Counted from the stretch's first letter, positions 14,923-28,307 are shown. The stretch is 64,000 nucleotides of DNA from Octopus sinensis (GCF_006345805.1 NC_043000.1:145762001-145826000); one strand, 5' to 3'. The notes: generated by a model not told the origin, from the letters alone. Translations and numbers: made by a program.

Positions 14923-15709
14923 TATACACATAATTGTGTATGTGTGTGTTTGTATGCAAATATATTCATACAGCTAGATACTTTATTTTTACGGGTCTAC
15001 CAAGACATCTATAGTTACATTTTAAATTTATGATTTATATTTCAGAATGCCTTAATAAATAGATGATATATAGCATTCGACCTTTATCTTCCCTAAAGAT
15101 TCCACCAAGCTTCCAATGATACGCGTTAATTTTCCGCTGTCAAATAAGATTTAAAAACAATAGAATTATTTAAAGTTTCAGTGCCCTGTATGCTACTGTA
15201 TCACCTTCTAATTTCAATTTTGAGTGTGTTTTCATGCCAGTCATTCAGCGAGCAGTGACTCTCAAACCTACCATTATAAACACAACTTTGAGCTCTTTAT
15301 CATTTTGTCAGTTAACCCGTCATGTCGTGGATAGTTTTATTTTGATTGACAAATGAAAATCTTCTACGTTCAATAATTTTGACACGAGAATGAAGAAAGG
15401 TTGCATATGAATTAGAAACTTGAAATGTATATTTATTCAGGGCAATAACGATACAAAAGAATACACGCCTATGAAAATGTCAAGCATGTGACTAATGTTG
15501 ACTGCCTTCGAGCATGCATAGAATTTGTGATTAAATAAGTAGCCTAAAAACATATTTGGTTTTCGAGGAGAATGGGATGCAGTCCAAATAAATTTTGGCT
15601 CTCGCCGATAAAGATAAGCGGTACAAGCTGAATCGACAACGTATATGTCTAGAGAGACATGTACTGATATATCGGCATGGTAAAACTGTTCATAAATCGT
15701 TGAATACAT

Positions 15710-15960
15710 CATGATGAGGATGACGATGATGATGATGATGATAATGATGATGATGATACTGATGATGATGATGATGATAAGGATGATGACAGCAACGATG
15801 TTGATGGGTGTGATGGAGGTAGTGCTGGTGTTGGTGCTGGTAGTGTCGGCTGCGGCGACGAAATTGATGAAAACAACGACGACGGTCAAGGTAATGATGA
15901 TGATCATGATGACGAGGGCAAGGACGGTAGCGATTATGGTGACGGAGACGGTGATGGTAA
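15710..15960. repeat. (GAT)n/(GGT)n degenerate trinucleotide microsatellite
   Basis: Seen directly in sequence. Confidence 0.9.
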
Positions 15961-17230
15961 CGTGTAGGGGGAGGAGTTGAGGTTAATTGGGATTACAAAG
16001 TGTTATATTTATACTCTAATGCTTTATTTTGAATTTCAAATAATATTTTTGTATTCACCGTCTTCCATCTTGTCAACCTGCCAGCTCATCCCTATATTTT
16101 CTGAAAACACTACATTAAAATGCAACTAATTATATATCTATTGAAGAAAATCTAATATTAGAATCCATAAACTGAACCGAAATAATGTTTTATCATTTGA
16201 AAGTATTTTACCACCCGAATCCTACCATGACGTGTAGATAATAAAACCACCGTGATGGGCAAGAAGTGGGTGAGGAGAATGTGGAAATGAAGGATAGGAG
16301 GTAATAAAAAGAAAAATAGATGAATTTCACAGATTGGAGTAGTGGGAAGAGTGTTATAAATATTGAAAAAGGTGAAAGATTTTTAAAAATAGATTGAAAT
16401 AACAAATTCAGATAAGCTTAATCTAAAGAAAAGGGTAAGGGATCAAAGATTTTAAATTAAACGCATAAATGAGAGAAGAGAGCGATAAGAGAGTTTACTA
16501 TGAGAAATCAAGGTTTATTTTTACTTCTGTTGCTTTCAATACAATCAATAAGACGCTTCTAAAATATCTAGAATAAATGCATAGTAATGTGTAATTAATT
16601 TCCTATATCCGTAAATATTTTTCTAAAATTTTCACAGAAAGTAAAATAGAAATAAAAGATAACTATTATTATACGTTAAAACGAGGAAAATACCTTAAAT
16701 GCAATAAATGAGCAAGAATACGCCTGGTCATTTGGAAAAATGTAAATTATGTGATGGAGGTCACTTAGAATGTATGCAAATATATATATTTATCAATCTG
16801 TATACGTGTATGTCTTCATACCTCAAATTCAGGTTTATAAAGATCGGGATATTATATGTTAATCATCATGGGTTTCTATTTAAGGCAAGTACACTTAATC
16901 ACAGGCGTTACAACATGTGATATATTATAAAGCAATATTACATGCAAAGCAGAATGAAGAATTAAATTTAAAATGCTGTTATATTGATTGAAAGAACAAT
17001 GGAATTCCTAAATATCATGAGAAGGCTCAATATAGTATTCACATATGTTAAGTCATTGGAGATTCATTCTAAACTAAATGAGTGGATGCGCATCTCTAAA
17101 CCCATAAACGCCAACTTCGCAGAACAAGTTTATTTAAGGGAAGGACTTACATAGGCTCACACAAATATATGTGTGTGTATGTATATATGTTTATATACCT
17201 ATATGCAAGTATATATAATATATATGTCTA

Positions 17231-17290
<60 letters not shown>

Positions 17291-17292
17291 AT

Positions 17293-17400
17293 TGGCCTGC
17301 TCGCTTAGCCAGCGGGGTGGCGTCATTCGAAGGCTAAAACAATGCGAACGCATAGTGACCAGCGATGTGTAACAACATCTGATGGTCTGGTCGGTCACGT
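17293..17400 (+). mobile_element. Probable SINE/LINE 3' fragment inserted in (TA)n
   Basis: GC-rich 108-bp island between TA tracts that resembles octopus-type SINE tails as I recall them; no second copy in this window. Confidence 0.45.
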
Positions 17401-17572
17401 AAATATATATATATATATACATTAGAAAAAAGCACCTTTTATCCATTCAAAATGAAAAATTAATTTACACCATCTAGAAAATTACATATAATGGAAATAT
17501 TAAATATAAGATAAAAAATAATATACCGATGATTAAGTAATGTGCAAAATGATAAATAAAACGTATATATTT

Positions 17573-17644
<72 letters not shown>

Positions 17645-17650
17645 ATATAT

Positions 17651-18133
17651 AGTGGCTGCCCCCTCGTTATCGAGTACGGTCATTGCGCGAAGCTTAATCA
17701 ATGTTGTTATTGTGCAATGCCAGTGCAAGAAGATTTTTTTAAGTGAGGAAAGGCTGTGCACTGAGTCAATCCCACTCACTAAGCAACAGCAACCATAATC
17801 CGAAAAGAAGAACAAGTCACCATCATCGGTAACCACTGAGCCGCAGGTTTTATGTAGGAGTTATCCCAGTTACCTGAGTTACGTTCTCCTAGAAGGATGC
17901 CCTAACAAAGACTAGGATTCCTTCACTACCAATGGTTTAACCGTGCGATCGGGTATTCAGTCCGATTATTTCTATGTCCCTACGCATGATACAGCCATAA
18001 GACATTTATTGGATGGCCGTTGATTCTCAAGAGTTCCTCCGCCCTTTGACGGGTTTTGTTTTTCAAAAGTGCGGCATTCGAACTCACAACCTCGTGACTC
18101 TAACCTCGACGCTCTAACCAGTCAGCCATGCGT
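17651..18133 (-). mobile_element. tRNA-headed SINE with an RTE-like body
   Basis: Minus strand begins cgcatggctgactggttagagcg...gagttcgaatgcc (A and B boxes); body has gggcatccttctaggagaacgtaactc...ataaaacctgcgg, resembling RTE 5' UTR motifs. Confidence 0.65.
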
Positions 18134-18149
18134 CTTCTCTCTCTCTCTC

Positions 18150-18252
<103 letters not shown>

Positions 18253-18286
18253 CTATATATATATATATATATATACATATATATAT

Positions 18287-18620
18287 ACTAGCAGAGATAC
18301 CCGGCGTTTCCCGGTTACATTCAGTTGAAGAATTAGACTTTTCTGTTATATTTTTTGTAATGAACTGGAATATCTGTTTCGAATTTCATCAAAATTCAGA
18401 TGAGGGTTATTTCCCTCTTTACACACCCTAAAAAATTTATAATCGTGCCACATGTATCCCATACTACTAATTTTTATGCTCATATTCCAAAATTCCACTG
18501 TTATTGAACCTGTTAAAAAGATTTTGCTCCTAAAAATTTTAGAGCTCCATGACCTGAAGGTGGTAAGCAGTCAGTTACCCTACCATAGTTGTTACTTGAA
18601 GTACCTGTTCAAGAACTATG
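18287..18620 (-). mobile_element. Helitron-like 3' terminus
   Basis: Minus strand: GC hairpin ccgggaaacgccggg about 10 nt upstream of CTAG followed by T. Inner boundary uncertain. Confidence 0.5.
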
Positions 18621-18665
18621 TTATATATATATATACATATATGTGTGAGTGTGTGTGCGTATACG

Positions 18666-18708
<43 letters not shown>

Positions 18709-18794
18709 ACAAACACACACACACAAAGATAAATTTATAGAAACAACTGAGTGGGCAAACAAAAATATGAGACACTTCGAAGTGCTTTTTTATA

Positions 18795-19110
18795 TTTTGA
18801 TAAGCCTGGTACTTATTCTATCAGTTTCTTCTTGTGAAACCAGTAAGTTATGGGGATGTAAATAAACGAACTCCGGTTGTGAAGCAGTGGTGAGGAAGAA
18901 ACACGAAGACACACACACATAGACTTACATATATACATACATATACATAAAATTGATTTCTTTCAGTTTTTGTCTACAAAATCCATTGACCAGGCTTTGG
19001 TTGGTCTGAGGCTATAGCAGAAGACACATGCCAAGTTACCACACATTGGGACTGAACTGAGGACCATGTGTTTTGGAACCAAGTTTGTTACCACACAGCC
19101 ACACCTGCAC
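18795..19110 (-). mobile_element. Degenerate SINE, family A (with internal microsatellite)
   Basis: Diverged match to 43211-43622 and 52622-53025. Confidence 0.8.
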
Positions 19111-19347
19111 TTATGTATGTGTGTGTGTATGTGTGCATGGGTGTATATGTGTATGCATATATATGTGTATACATATGTGTACATGTTACCTGTACATCTA
19201 TATATATATAAGGACACAGGATAAAATGTGTCGAAGCTGTCAGGAGGCGTTCGATGCCTCCTAGGGCTATATATAACGGTGGTGTACCCCCTACTGTCAC
19301 GTTCTTGTTAGATTGACAGTATATCGCTCCACCACCGTACAGCTCTC

Positions 19348-21440
19348 TCAAAAATTTTTTTACTCAAAAATTTTCACCAAAAATTTTACCCAAAAATTTT
19401 CACCAAAAATTTTACGAAAATTTTCACCGAAAATTTTACACAAAAATTTTCACCAAAAATTTTTTGAAAATTTTCACCCAAAACTTTACCCAAAAATTTT
19501 CACCAAAAATTTTACACAAAGATTTTCATCAAAAATTTTTCGAAAATTTTCACCGAAAACTTTACCCAAAAATTTTCACCAAAAATTTTTGGAAAATTTT
19601 GACCGAAAACTTTACCCAAAAATTTTACGAAAATTTTCACCGAAAACTTTACCCAAAAGTTTTTCGAAAATTTCACCCAAATATATTTCGAAAATTTTCC
19701 CCAAGAATTTTTCGAAAATTTTCACCAACAACTTTTCGAAAGTTTTCACCCAAAACTTTACCCAAAAATTTTCACCAAAGATTTTACCAAAAAATTTTCA
19801 CCAAAATTTTTTGGAAAATTTTGACCGAAAACTTTACCCAAAAGTTATTCGAAACTTTTAACCAAAAATTTTTCGAAAACTTTACCCAAAAATTTTTCGA
19901 AAATTTTCACCAAAAATTTTACCCAAAAATTTTTCGAAAATTTTCACCAACAACTTTTCGAAAGTTTTCACCAAGACTTTACCCAAAAATTTTCACCAAA
20001 AACTTTACCCAAAAATTTTCCGAAAATTTTACTCAAAAATTTTCACCAAAAATTTTACCCAAAAATTTTCACCAAAAATTTTACGAAAATTTTCACCGAA
20101 AATTTTACCCAAAAATTTTCACCGAAAATTTTACCCAAAAATTTTCACCAAAAATTTTTTGAAAATTTTCACCGAAAACTTTACCCAAACACTTCCACCA
20201 AAAATTTTACACAAAAATTTTCACCTAAAATTTTTCGAAAATTTTCACCGAAAACTTTACCCAAAAATTTTCACCAAAAATTTTCCGAAAATTTTCACCA
20301 AAAATTTTTGGAAAATTTTCACCGAAAACTTTCCCCAAAAATTTTTCGAAAATTTTCCCCAAAAATTTTTCGAAAACTTTACCCAAAAAATTTTACGAAA
20401 ATTTTCACCGAAAACTTTACCCAAAAGTTTTTCGAAAATTTCACTCAAATTTTTCGAAAATTTTCCCCAACAATTTTTCGAAAATTTTCACCAACTTTTC
20501 GAAAGTTTTCACCCAAGACTTTACCCAAAAATTTTCCGAAAATTTTACTCAAAAATTTTCACCAAAAATTTTACCCAAAAATTTTCACCAAAAATTTTAC
20601 TGAAAAATTTTCGGAAAATTTTCACCGAAAATTTTACCAAAAAATTTTCACCAAAAATTTTTTGGAAAATTTTCACCGAAAATTTTTACCGAAAATTTTA
20701 CCAAAAAATTTTACGAAAATTTTCACCGAAAACTTTACCAAAAATTTTCCGAAAATTTTACTCAAAAATTTTCACCAAAAATTTTACCCAAAAATTTTCA
20801 CCAAAAATTTTACGAAAATTTTCACCGAAAACTTTACCCAAACACTTCCACCAAAAAATTTACACAAAAATTTTCACCAAAAATTTTTCGAAAATTTTCA
20901 CCGAAAACTTTACCAAAAAATTTTCACCAAAAATTTTGCGAAAATTTTCACCGAAAACTTTACCCAAAAGTTTTTCGAAAATTTTCCCCAAAAATTTTCC
21001 CCAAAAATTTTCACCAAAAATTTTCCCCAAAAATTTTCACCAAAAACTTTACTGAAAAATTTTCGGAAAATTTTCACCGAAAACTTTACCCAAAAATTTT
21101 CACAGAAAATTTTACCCAAAAATTTTTCGAAAATTTTTACCGAAAATTTTACCAAATATTTTTTGAAAATGTTCACTGAAAATTTTCAACAGAGACTTTA
21201 CCAAAAAATTTTCAGAAAATTTTACCCAAAAATCTTTTGAAAATTTTTCCGCAAAAATTTTTCAAAACTTTTCAACAAAAACGTTACCCAAATATTTTTG
21301 GAAAATTTTCACCGAAAATTTTCACCAAAAATTTTACCAAAAAATTTTCTGAAAATTTCACAGAAAATTTTACCCAAAAATTTTTCGAAAATTTTCCCCA
21401 AGAATTTTTTTAAAACTTTCACCGAAAACTTTACCGAAAA
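19348..21440. repeat. 2.1 kb satellite of ~11-13 bp variant units (CC/CG-AAAA(A)TTTT-CA/AC)
   Basis: Continuous aaaattttcacc / aaaactttaccc / aaaatttttcg variants. Confidence 0.95.
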
Positions 21441-21679
21441 GTAAAGTTAGGCTGGATTGTAGCCACACTTCTATACAAGAGTCAGGACAAGATACAATTG
21501 ATCGAAATTACAAGAGACGGGCTAGCAATTCCAGTCTGTTATATATTTTGAGTATTGCTATCACTAGCGAAATCAAGATATAACTTTGGATTTTGTATTT
21601 TATGTGTAAATGTATATATATAGATGTAGATGTAATATGTACACATATATATACACATATATACATGCACTATCACTAT

Positions 21680-21710
21680 GACCCGGCAAAGACGGGTCTT
21701 TAATGCTAGT
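21680..21710 (+). mobile_element. Isolated Helitron-like 3' terminus
   Basis: gacccg-gcaaaga-cgggtc hairpin followed after 7 nt by ctag-t. Confidence 0.45.
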
Positions 21711-21934
21711 ATATATATATATATAATAATAATAATACATCTAGACATACATGTATATACATACATGTACATCTATAGAAATACATTTATACATATACAG
21801 CTATACATATACATGTATACATATACAGCTATATATATATACATGTATATATATATATATGTATATATATATTTATTTATTTATATACATATATACATCC
21901 ATATACATATAATAGAGAGATGTTTTTGTTTCAC

Positions 21935-22140
21935 TTTTAACACGTAAGACTGAAATAGTGGAGAAGGTATGATATTGCTGTGGGCTCGCCCTAGGCAAGA
22001 AGTTAGAATTTTTTGCCCATGACAATACATGGACCCTAAGTAAAGCACGTGTAAAATTTGAATGAAATTTGCTGAGTAGTTCTCAAGTTTTAGGAAAACA
22101 CACAGACAGATAGGCAGACACATTCTCAGTTTTGTATATA
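21935..22140 (-). mobile_element. Non-autonomous Helitron-like 5' portion
   Basis: Ends ...acacacagacagataggcagacacattctcagttttgtatata; the same terminus occurs at 27775-27862. Confidence 0.5.
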
Positions 22141-22148
22141 TATATATA

Positions 22149-22313
22149 GGCGCAGGAGACGCTGTATGGTAAGTAGCTTGTTTACCAACCACATGGTTCC
22201 GAGTTCAGTCCAACTGCGTGGCACCTTGGGAAAGTGTCTTCTACTATAGCCTCGGGCCAACCAAAGCCTTGTGAGTGGATTTGGTAGACGGAAACTGAAA
22301 GAAGCCCGTCGTA

Positions 22314-22383
<70 letters not shown>

Positions 22384-22580
22384 TGTGTGTGTTTGTGTGT
22401 CTGTGTTTGTCCCCCTAACATTGCTTGACAACCGATGCCGGTGTATTTATGTCCTTGTTACTTAGCGGTTCGGCAAAAGAGACCGATAGAATAAGTCCCG
22501 GCGTCGATTTGCTCGATTAAAGGCGGTGCTCCAGCATGGCCGCAGTCAAATGACTGAAACAACTAAATGAGAAAGAGAAA
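22149..22580 (+). mobile_element. tRNA-derived SINE, family A
   Basis: ggcgcaggag...ggttccgagttcagtcc head, internal (TA)n/(GT)n, tail ctccagcatggccgcagtcaaatgactgaaac; six copies in the window. Confidence 0.92.
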
Positions 22581-22588
22581 GATATATA

Positions 22589-22629
<41 letters not shown>

Positions 22630-22914
22630 TGCATACACACACATACATATATATTTGGAATTTACAAAAGAAACGAACAAAAGACGAAGACGGGTGTGTA
22701 AACAGCAAACAGGTTTATTAAAAATAGATATAGGGGACACAAGAATTTATTTATTCGCCCCCATATAAAAATATTCCACGATATTAGCATCATACATTAA
22801 CCACCTCATAGATTCTAACATTGAGTATAATTAACGATGATTGATAATTACTGAATCAACACCATAGAACACATATACTAAATTGTATACTATACGCTAA
22901 TAATAGAAATAAAG

Positions 22915-24720
22915 ACGTTTTCTTTATTAGGCACTCAGGCCACTAACACAGACGGGACACTACAAGGATAGATACAACACCACAATGGGGACAAAAAACA
23001 CAAAATGAATGAGTATGAATATTATATACTAATGAAAGATGAATGACTGCATGGGCCCCACTCCTCATGCAGTACAATTTGAACACTTGTACACACAGTC
23101 ACAATCTATTGTTTTTTCTTTCTTTAATTATGTTTTTTTCCAAAACATTTTCCTTTCTTTTTTCCTTTTTTTTGACAAAAAAATACAATTAATTTTACTT
23201 TTATTCCTCTTTAACGCCTCATGCTGGTGGCAGCTCATTGAACTCCACCAGTGCTCCGGCTGGGTCAATTTTACTTCCGCACATGTCTCCCAGTTTATAA
23301 TAGGTTTTTCTATCGACCACGACGGCGTTCACACTCTCTAGATACACGTCGTTTGGTAACTTTACCCTTATAACGTGCTTAAACTTTACGATTTTTTTCT
23401 CCACCTCCTCGTTCTTGAAATAGGTCACGAAATTCCATTTGTAACTCCCTCCGCTCGGCTTTCTCTTTTCGTCCTTCACTACCCTTCCTATTATAGATTC
23501 CTCTATACTCTTCTCTGAGTCTAGGACCTTCTCTTTCTCCGTCTCTACTGTAACCAGTTTCTCCGTTTCGTCCTCTTGTAGTTGAATTCCTGAGTCTTCC
23601 GTCAATTTACCTATCATCTTCATATTTGTTTCCTCCTCCTCTGACTCTTTTTCACACATCTTCTCAATTATTTTTTCCCTTTCCTTTCCCGTCTCACTTT
23701 TATCATCTTTCTTTCTCGTTACCTCTTTCTTTTCCATCTCTTCTTTCTTCTTTTTCTGATTAGTCGGTGGTGGGCTTACCCTGCCGCTCCTCCTTCTTTT
23801 TCTTTCCACTAGTGTGAATTCTTCTACCGCTGTTGTCTCATTATTCTCACCTGTTCGACATTTTCTGTAGTCTCTCTCTGTTCTTTTCTTGGGCATTTCA
23901 CCTTCATGTGTCCTTTTTCGCCACATTCGTAACACACAGGTGGTTTTCCCACCACCTTCATTCTTAGTGCAAAACCGTCAGTTATCACTATATCCTCTGT
24001 TATTCTATTCAAGTCTTCCACTGTTGCCTGGATTGTTAGCTCCAACCCATTGCCCCAGTAGTCCAACATGTTCGATCTGGTGGCCTTCAGTATTCTGGCC
24101 TCGTCTTCCATGTTGTACATAATGGCTATCATTAGTCATGCTTCCTCAAACTCAGAGGGCACTTGGCCTACCCGAACTCTCACCACACGTTTGCCGCAAA
24201 TGGATGGCAGAGGAATCCACTCTTCTGAGTGGATTGCCTCCGTCGCATGCCTCACCGCTTCATCTTCCGATGTGAAACGCACATCTACAGTGGCATATTT
24301 TCTGCCTCTTGCTCGGAATGTTATTACGTTTTTCATATTTTCCAGCACGTTCTCAATCTCCTCCACAGTTGCTATCTCGATTCACCCTGTGGTAACCTTC
24401 ATGGTCTTGTAGGTCACCGCCTTCTTCTTAACGTTGTCCATTAGTTCCTCTGGTGGCGTCAATTTTATCTTTCCTTCTTACTTTTTCAGCAGCTTCTCAC
24501 AAGTCTTCATCTTCCTGGGCTCTACCTTTATTTCAAAGGTCTCTAATGATTCCTTCGCTGTTCCTCTTCCAGTTGCGACTGCATAGCTGTGGCCGCCCTC
24601 TGGCGCTTCTCCATTTTCCTCAACGAGAAAGTTTAACAACACAAAAGTTAACGGTATAATAAACGATATTAACAACGGTTTTAACAACAGCAGTAATCAG
24701 CAATAAATTCTACTCACAAA
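22915..24720 (-). mobile_element. L1/Tx1-like retroelement derivative with a disrupted ORF1 (gag-like zinc knuckle) and no ORF2
   Basis: ORF pieces 24136-24366 (RRM-like), 23824-24132 with CYECGEKGHMKVKC (CX2CX4HX4C) and a K/E-rich tail to 23219; in-frame stop at 24136-24138 and a frameshift near 23830-23935; AATAAA on the minus strand at 22923-22928. Confidence 0.75.
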
Positions 24721-25167
24721 TACAACTCAACTTCAATAACTCAACTTATTAAATAAAATTATAGACATTTTAGTATGTTGTAAGCATAAATATTTAGCGT
24801 CTTATAATTTTCTTAAAGTTTGAAATTTGATTTTTTAGAATATAAAATTTTATAGCTTTTTGAAAATACGATCCAATTAGATCATTAGATCCAATGAACA
24901 CTTATGCACAAACCTGTAATCAGTTTCTTTTTATAGTAGTATACAGAGTGGACTATTCCCATTGGCTATTATTTGCATGATTAACTAAAGTTAATCTTTC
25001 AATGATTTTCATTTCTTATTTAAACGTGGTAATCCTCTTGAAAAAACTTTAGGACCTCAAATAATGCTGTCACTTATTCATCGATACTCAAAAACTGAAC
25101 TTTCACCAACTGAATGCTCACCATGTAGTGCCTTACTGCTTTTTGGTGGATTTTACCTCGAGAAAGG

Positions 25168-25235
25168 AACCCTGAGGAAGGAGGGCTGAATTTCGATTAC
25201 TTCGTACAACCACTTTTCTGAAACGGCTGCAGGTT
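25168..25235 (+). ncRNA. Decayed hammerhead ribozyme motif
   Basis: aacc-CTGAGGA-aggaggg...ccacttttct-GAAA-cggctg-CA-ggtt: stem I aacc/ggtt intact; U16.1 is replaced by C, so probably inactive. Confidence 0.5.
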
Positions 25236-25316
25236 AGGAAAAGAATTTTAATTGCCTCTTTCAATTCAGGTTTTTATTTTTCATGTTTATATTCGTATTT
25301 CATTGTTATGTTTATA

Positions 25317-25882
25317 TTGGGTTGTCCGGAAAGGTCGTTCCGATTTTTAAAGGAAAGAAAATGGCCAATAAATACTTGCCATTACATTTTTGATGAACCA
25401 AATCTGAACCATTTCGTTGCACAATACGTCTCCATCTTTCCTTTGCCTTGTAAATACCCGCTTCCCAGAATTGAGGTGGTTTCAAGGCAAATAATTCATC
25501 AAGGTATCTTTTTACGTCATCTAAGGAATTGAAATTTTCATCATTAAGACTATTCTGAAGAGACCTGAATAAGTGGAAATCCGAAGGAGCAATATCTAGG
25601 AAATAGGGAGGGTGGAGTAACACATCCCAGCCGAGCTGCAGCAATTTTTGTCTGGTTCCCAAAGCATCAAGTGCCGAAAATGAACTTTCTCATATTTTAT
25701 TTTAAAGAGTTACAGAATTAACACAGGTTATAGGAACATAAACCTTCTTCCACGAAAAGATAGCTTAAACTGTGCTCTAAATGGAGGTGTAGTCAAATCC
25801 TACTTTATGGACTCAAACATGTTCTAAAATAAGTCGAAAGTTAAGCTACTATAAATCGGCACGAACTTTCCGGACAAACCAG
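25317..25882 (-). mobile_element. Internally deleted mariner element with TIRs and TA TSD
   Basis: TIRs ttgggttgtccggaaaggtcgttccgattt / aaatcggcacgaactttccggacaaaccag flanked by TA; ORF has LGWDVLLHPPYFLDIAPSDFHLFRSLQN. Confidence 0.9.
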
Positions 25883-26121
25883 TATTTCTATATTTTTATC
25901 ATAAAGTTCTTAATATAAATATGTGAATATTCGTATGGAATAATACCTCATGTGCTACATCTGAATTTTCTTGTCTGAATGTTTTAAGACAAATATCCGA
26001 AATTTTTATGGTATACCAAATTTTATTAATACTTAGCTCATATACGGAGACAGACATGTTGTACTATATACTGCAGGTTATCTCCATTAAAATTCTCGTA
26101 TTATATACATTATATATATAT

Positions 26122-26180
<59 letters not shown>

Positions 26181-26187
26181 ATATACA

Positions 26188-26743
26188 CACTGGCGAAAAT
26201 AAATTTAAGATCGATGATAAAAGTTCTATTTCTTACAAAATATTCTGTTACTAGTCCTTTGCCGATATTTATATTGATCGGTCTCCGAGTATAACTTCCA
26301 CGCTTGCACGCAAGCCGGTTCACTGCACTTTAGTTGCTTGCTGATGTTCGAAAAGGAAACTTTTTGCTGTAATATACGATTTTTGCTCTCGTGACTGGAC
26401 TAAGGCTACGTTGTTTTCCCATTATTAATAAATTGTATAATAACATTAAATTATAACTTTATATGGTGCATTTAGGCTCGTTATGTGACCATCCATTTTG
26501 GCCAAAACAATTGCATACATATTACATGGTCTTAAACTAACTTTGCCGTTAAATTTGAAACGTTTATATTTAGCATTAGAATTCTTCAAGTTGTATAAAA
26601 ATAGTTATTGTCTGCATCATTCGAATGAGAAATAAATTTTGCATAAGGTGTAAACGATAAAAATAATTTGTATGGTATAGTAACAAAATATTTTGTAAGA
26701 AATAGAACTTTTATCGTCGGTCTTAAATATATTTTCGCCAGTG
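26188..26743. mobile_element. MITE with ~65 bp TIRs starting CACTGGCG
   Basis: cactggcgaaaataaatttaagatcgatgataaaagttctatttcttacaaaatatt is the reverse complement of about 26687-26743; inserted next to (TA)n. Confidence 0.85.
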
Positions 26744-26749
26744 TATATA

Positions 26750-27775
26750 TCTCAGGTCATCCCATAAGTCCTGTCCAAATTTTGGATAAAGAATACAAGT
26801 GATCAAATGTTATATTTAATTCAAAGTTAATCATCAATGTACTTTCCCTGATTATCTATGACTTACTTCCATCTATTTACAAGCTTTTTAATTCCATCAA
26901 TCTAAAACTCTTTTGGATCCAAAGCGAAGAACTCTGAAATGTCAGGTTCAACCTTCTCCTGGCTTGCGAAAGTTATGTCCCCGTAATAATTCTGTAAACT
27001 ATGAAACAAATGGTATCCTGAAGGAGTAAGGTCGGGAGAATAAGTTGGATGAAAAACTTTTTCCAGGCCGACCTCTTCGATCTTCTGTGATGTGATCTTT
27101 GCAGTGTGGGGTTGCGCATTGTCCTGATGAAACATCACTCGTTTTCGACTCACTAAAGCGGCTCTTTTTTCCTTCAAAGCTTGGTTCAAACGCTCTAATT
27201 GCTGACAGTAGACTTGAGCATTGATTGTTGCATTAGGTGGTGACAATGTAAAGTGAATTACGCCTTTGCAATCGCACCAGATAGAGAGAAGAACTTTTTT
27301 CCCATAAAGTTCCCTTCTCGGTTGTGGTTGAGCATTTTCCCTTTTAACAAACCACTGTTTACGACGTTTAATATTTTGATAGAAAATCCATTTTTCGTCA
27401 CATGTCTATCGAAAAAGGATGAAATGAGTTTGCGAGAATGGAGGGAAGAGCAGATGTCAACTCGGGATTTGCGGTTGCTTTCGGACAATACATGAGGCAC
27501 CTATTTTCCAAGTTTAGGAATCTTTCCACGTTGTTGAAGATGACGATGAACTGTCGTATGGTTTGAAGTAAGCTTTAATGCCAATTCTTCAACTGATAAT
27601 GACGGATCTTCTTCAAGGAAGGCCTCAAGGAGCTTATCATCAAACTCAACTGGACGTCCTGTTCGATATTCATCTTCAATTTTGCAAACGATCTCCTGCA
27701 CGTTCTTTCACTCAAGCACTTTCCCATAAACTGAGTAATGTTTCGAGTCACTTCGGCTGCAGAGTTACCTTTATT
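26750..27775 (-). mobile_element. Decayed mariner transposon, 5' end interrupted
   Basis: Frameshifted ORFs with HQDNAQPH, HPTYSPDLTPSGYHLF, RTGRPVEFD and KGNSAAEVTRNI motifs. Confidence 0.9.
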
Positions 27776-27862
27776 AATGAAATTGGTTGTGTAGTTCCCA
27801 AGTTTTAGGGATTCACACAGACAGACAGACACACACACATTCTCAGTTTTATATAGATATAG
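27775..27862 (-). mobile_element. Helitron-like 5' terminus abutting the mariner
   Basis: Matches 22060-22140; the minus strand starts (c)tatatctatataaaactgaga. Confidence 0.5.
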
Positions 27863-28185
27863 GGATATATATATGAATAGCAATTTCTGTCTATCTGTCA
27901 ATTTTACCATCTTGCTGCTGAAACGAGGGAACCAATATTTTTCACCAAACTTTGTATACACGTTGAACTAACATCCATTTCAATTATAAGCTGATTGGAT
28001 TTCAATAAAAATCGATAATGGAACGACTACGGGGTTGCACTATTATATAATAAAATGATACCTGTGCAAAAGTGGTGGTTTCAGGGAAATGTGTCACAAT
28101 GAGGGTGCCTGATATCTGGGAAGGGGAGGAAATACGAACAGATACACACTGTGAATATGAGTGAATATGAGTGACAAGGACACTT

Positions 28186-28245
<60 letters not shown>

Positions 28246-28307
28246 CAGTTTGTGCGTGTGTGTTTGTGTGGGGGTAGTGTGGTTTGTGTGCGTATCTTCT
28301 TTTGCAT

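Noticed and set aside
19313-21240. Long ORFs of 182-310 aa (KFSPKILPKNF...)
   Set aside because: Overlapping frames are open only because the satellite is poor in stop codons; there is no protein-like complexity.
18287-22140. Single 3.9 kb Helitron spanning the satellite
   Set aside because: The ends have compatible orientation, but the interior is a patchwork and nothing shows the two termini belong to one element.
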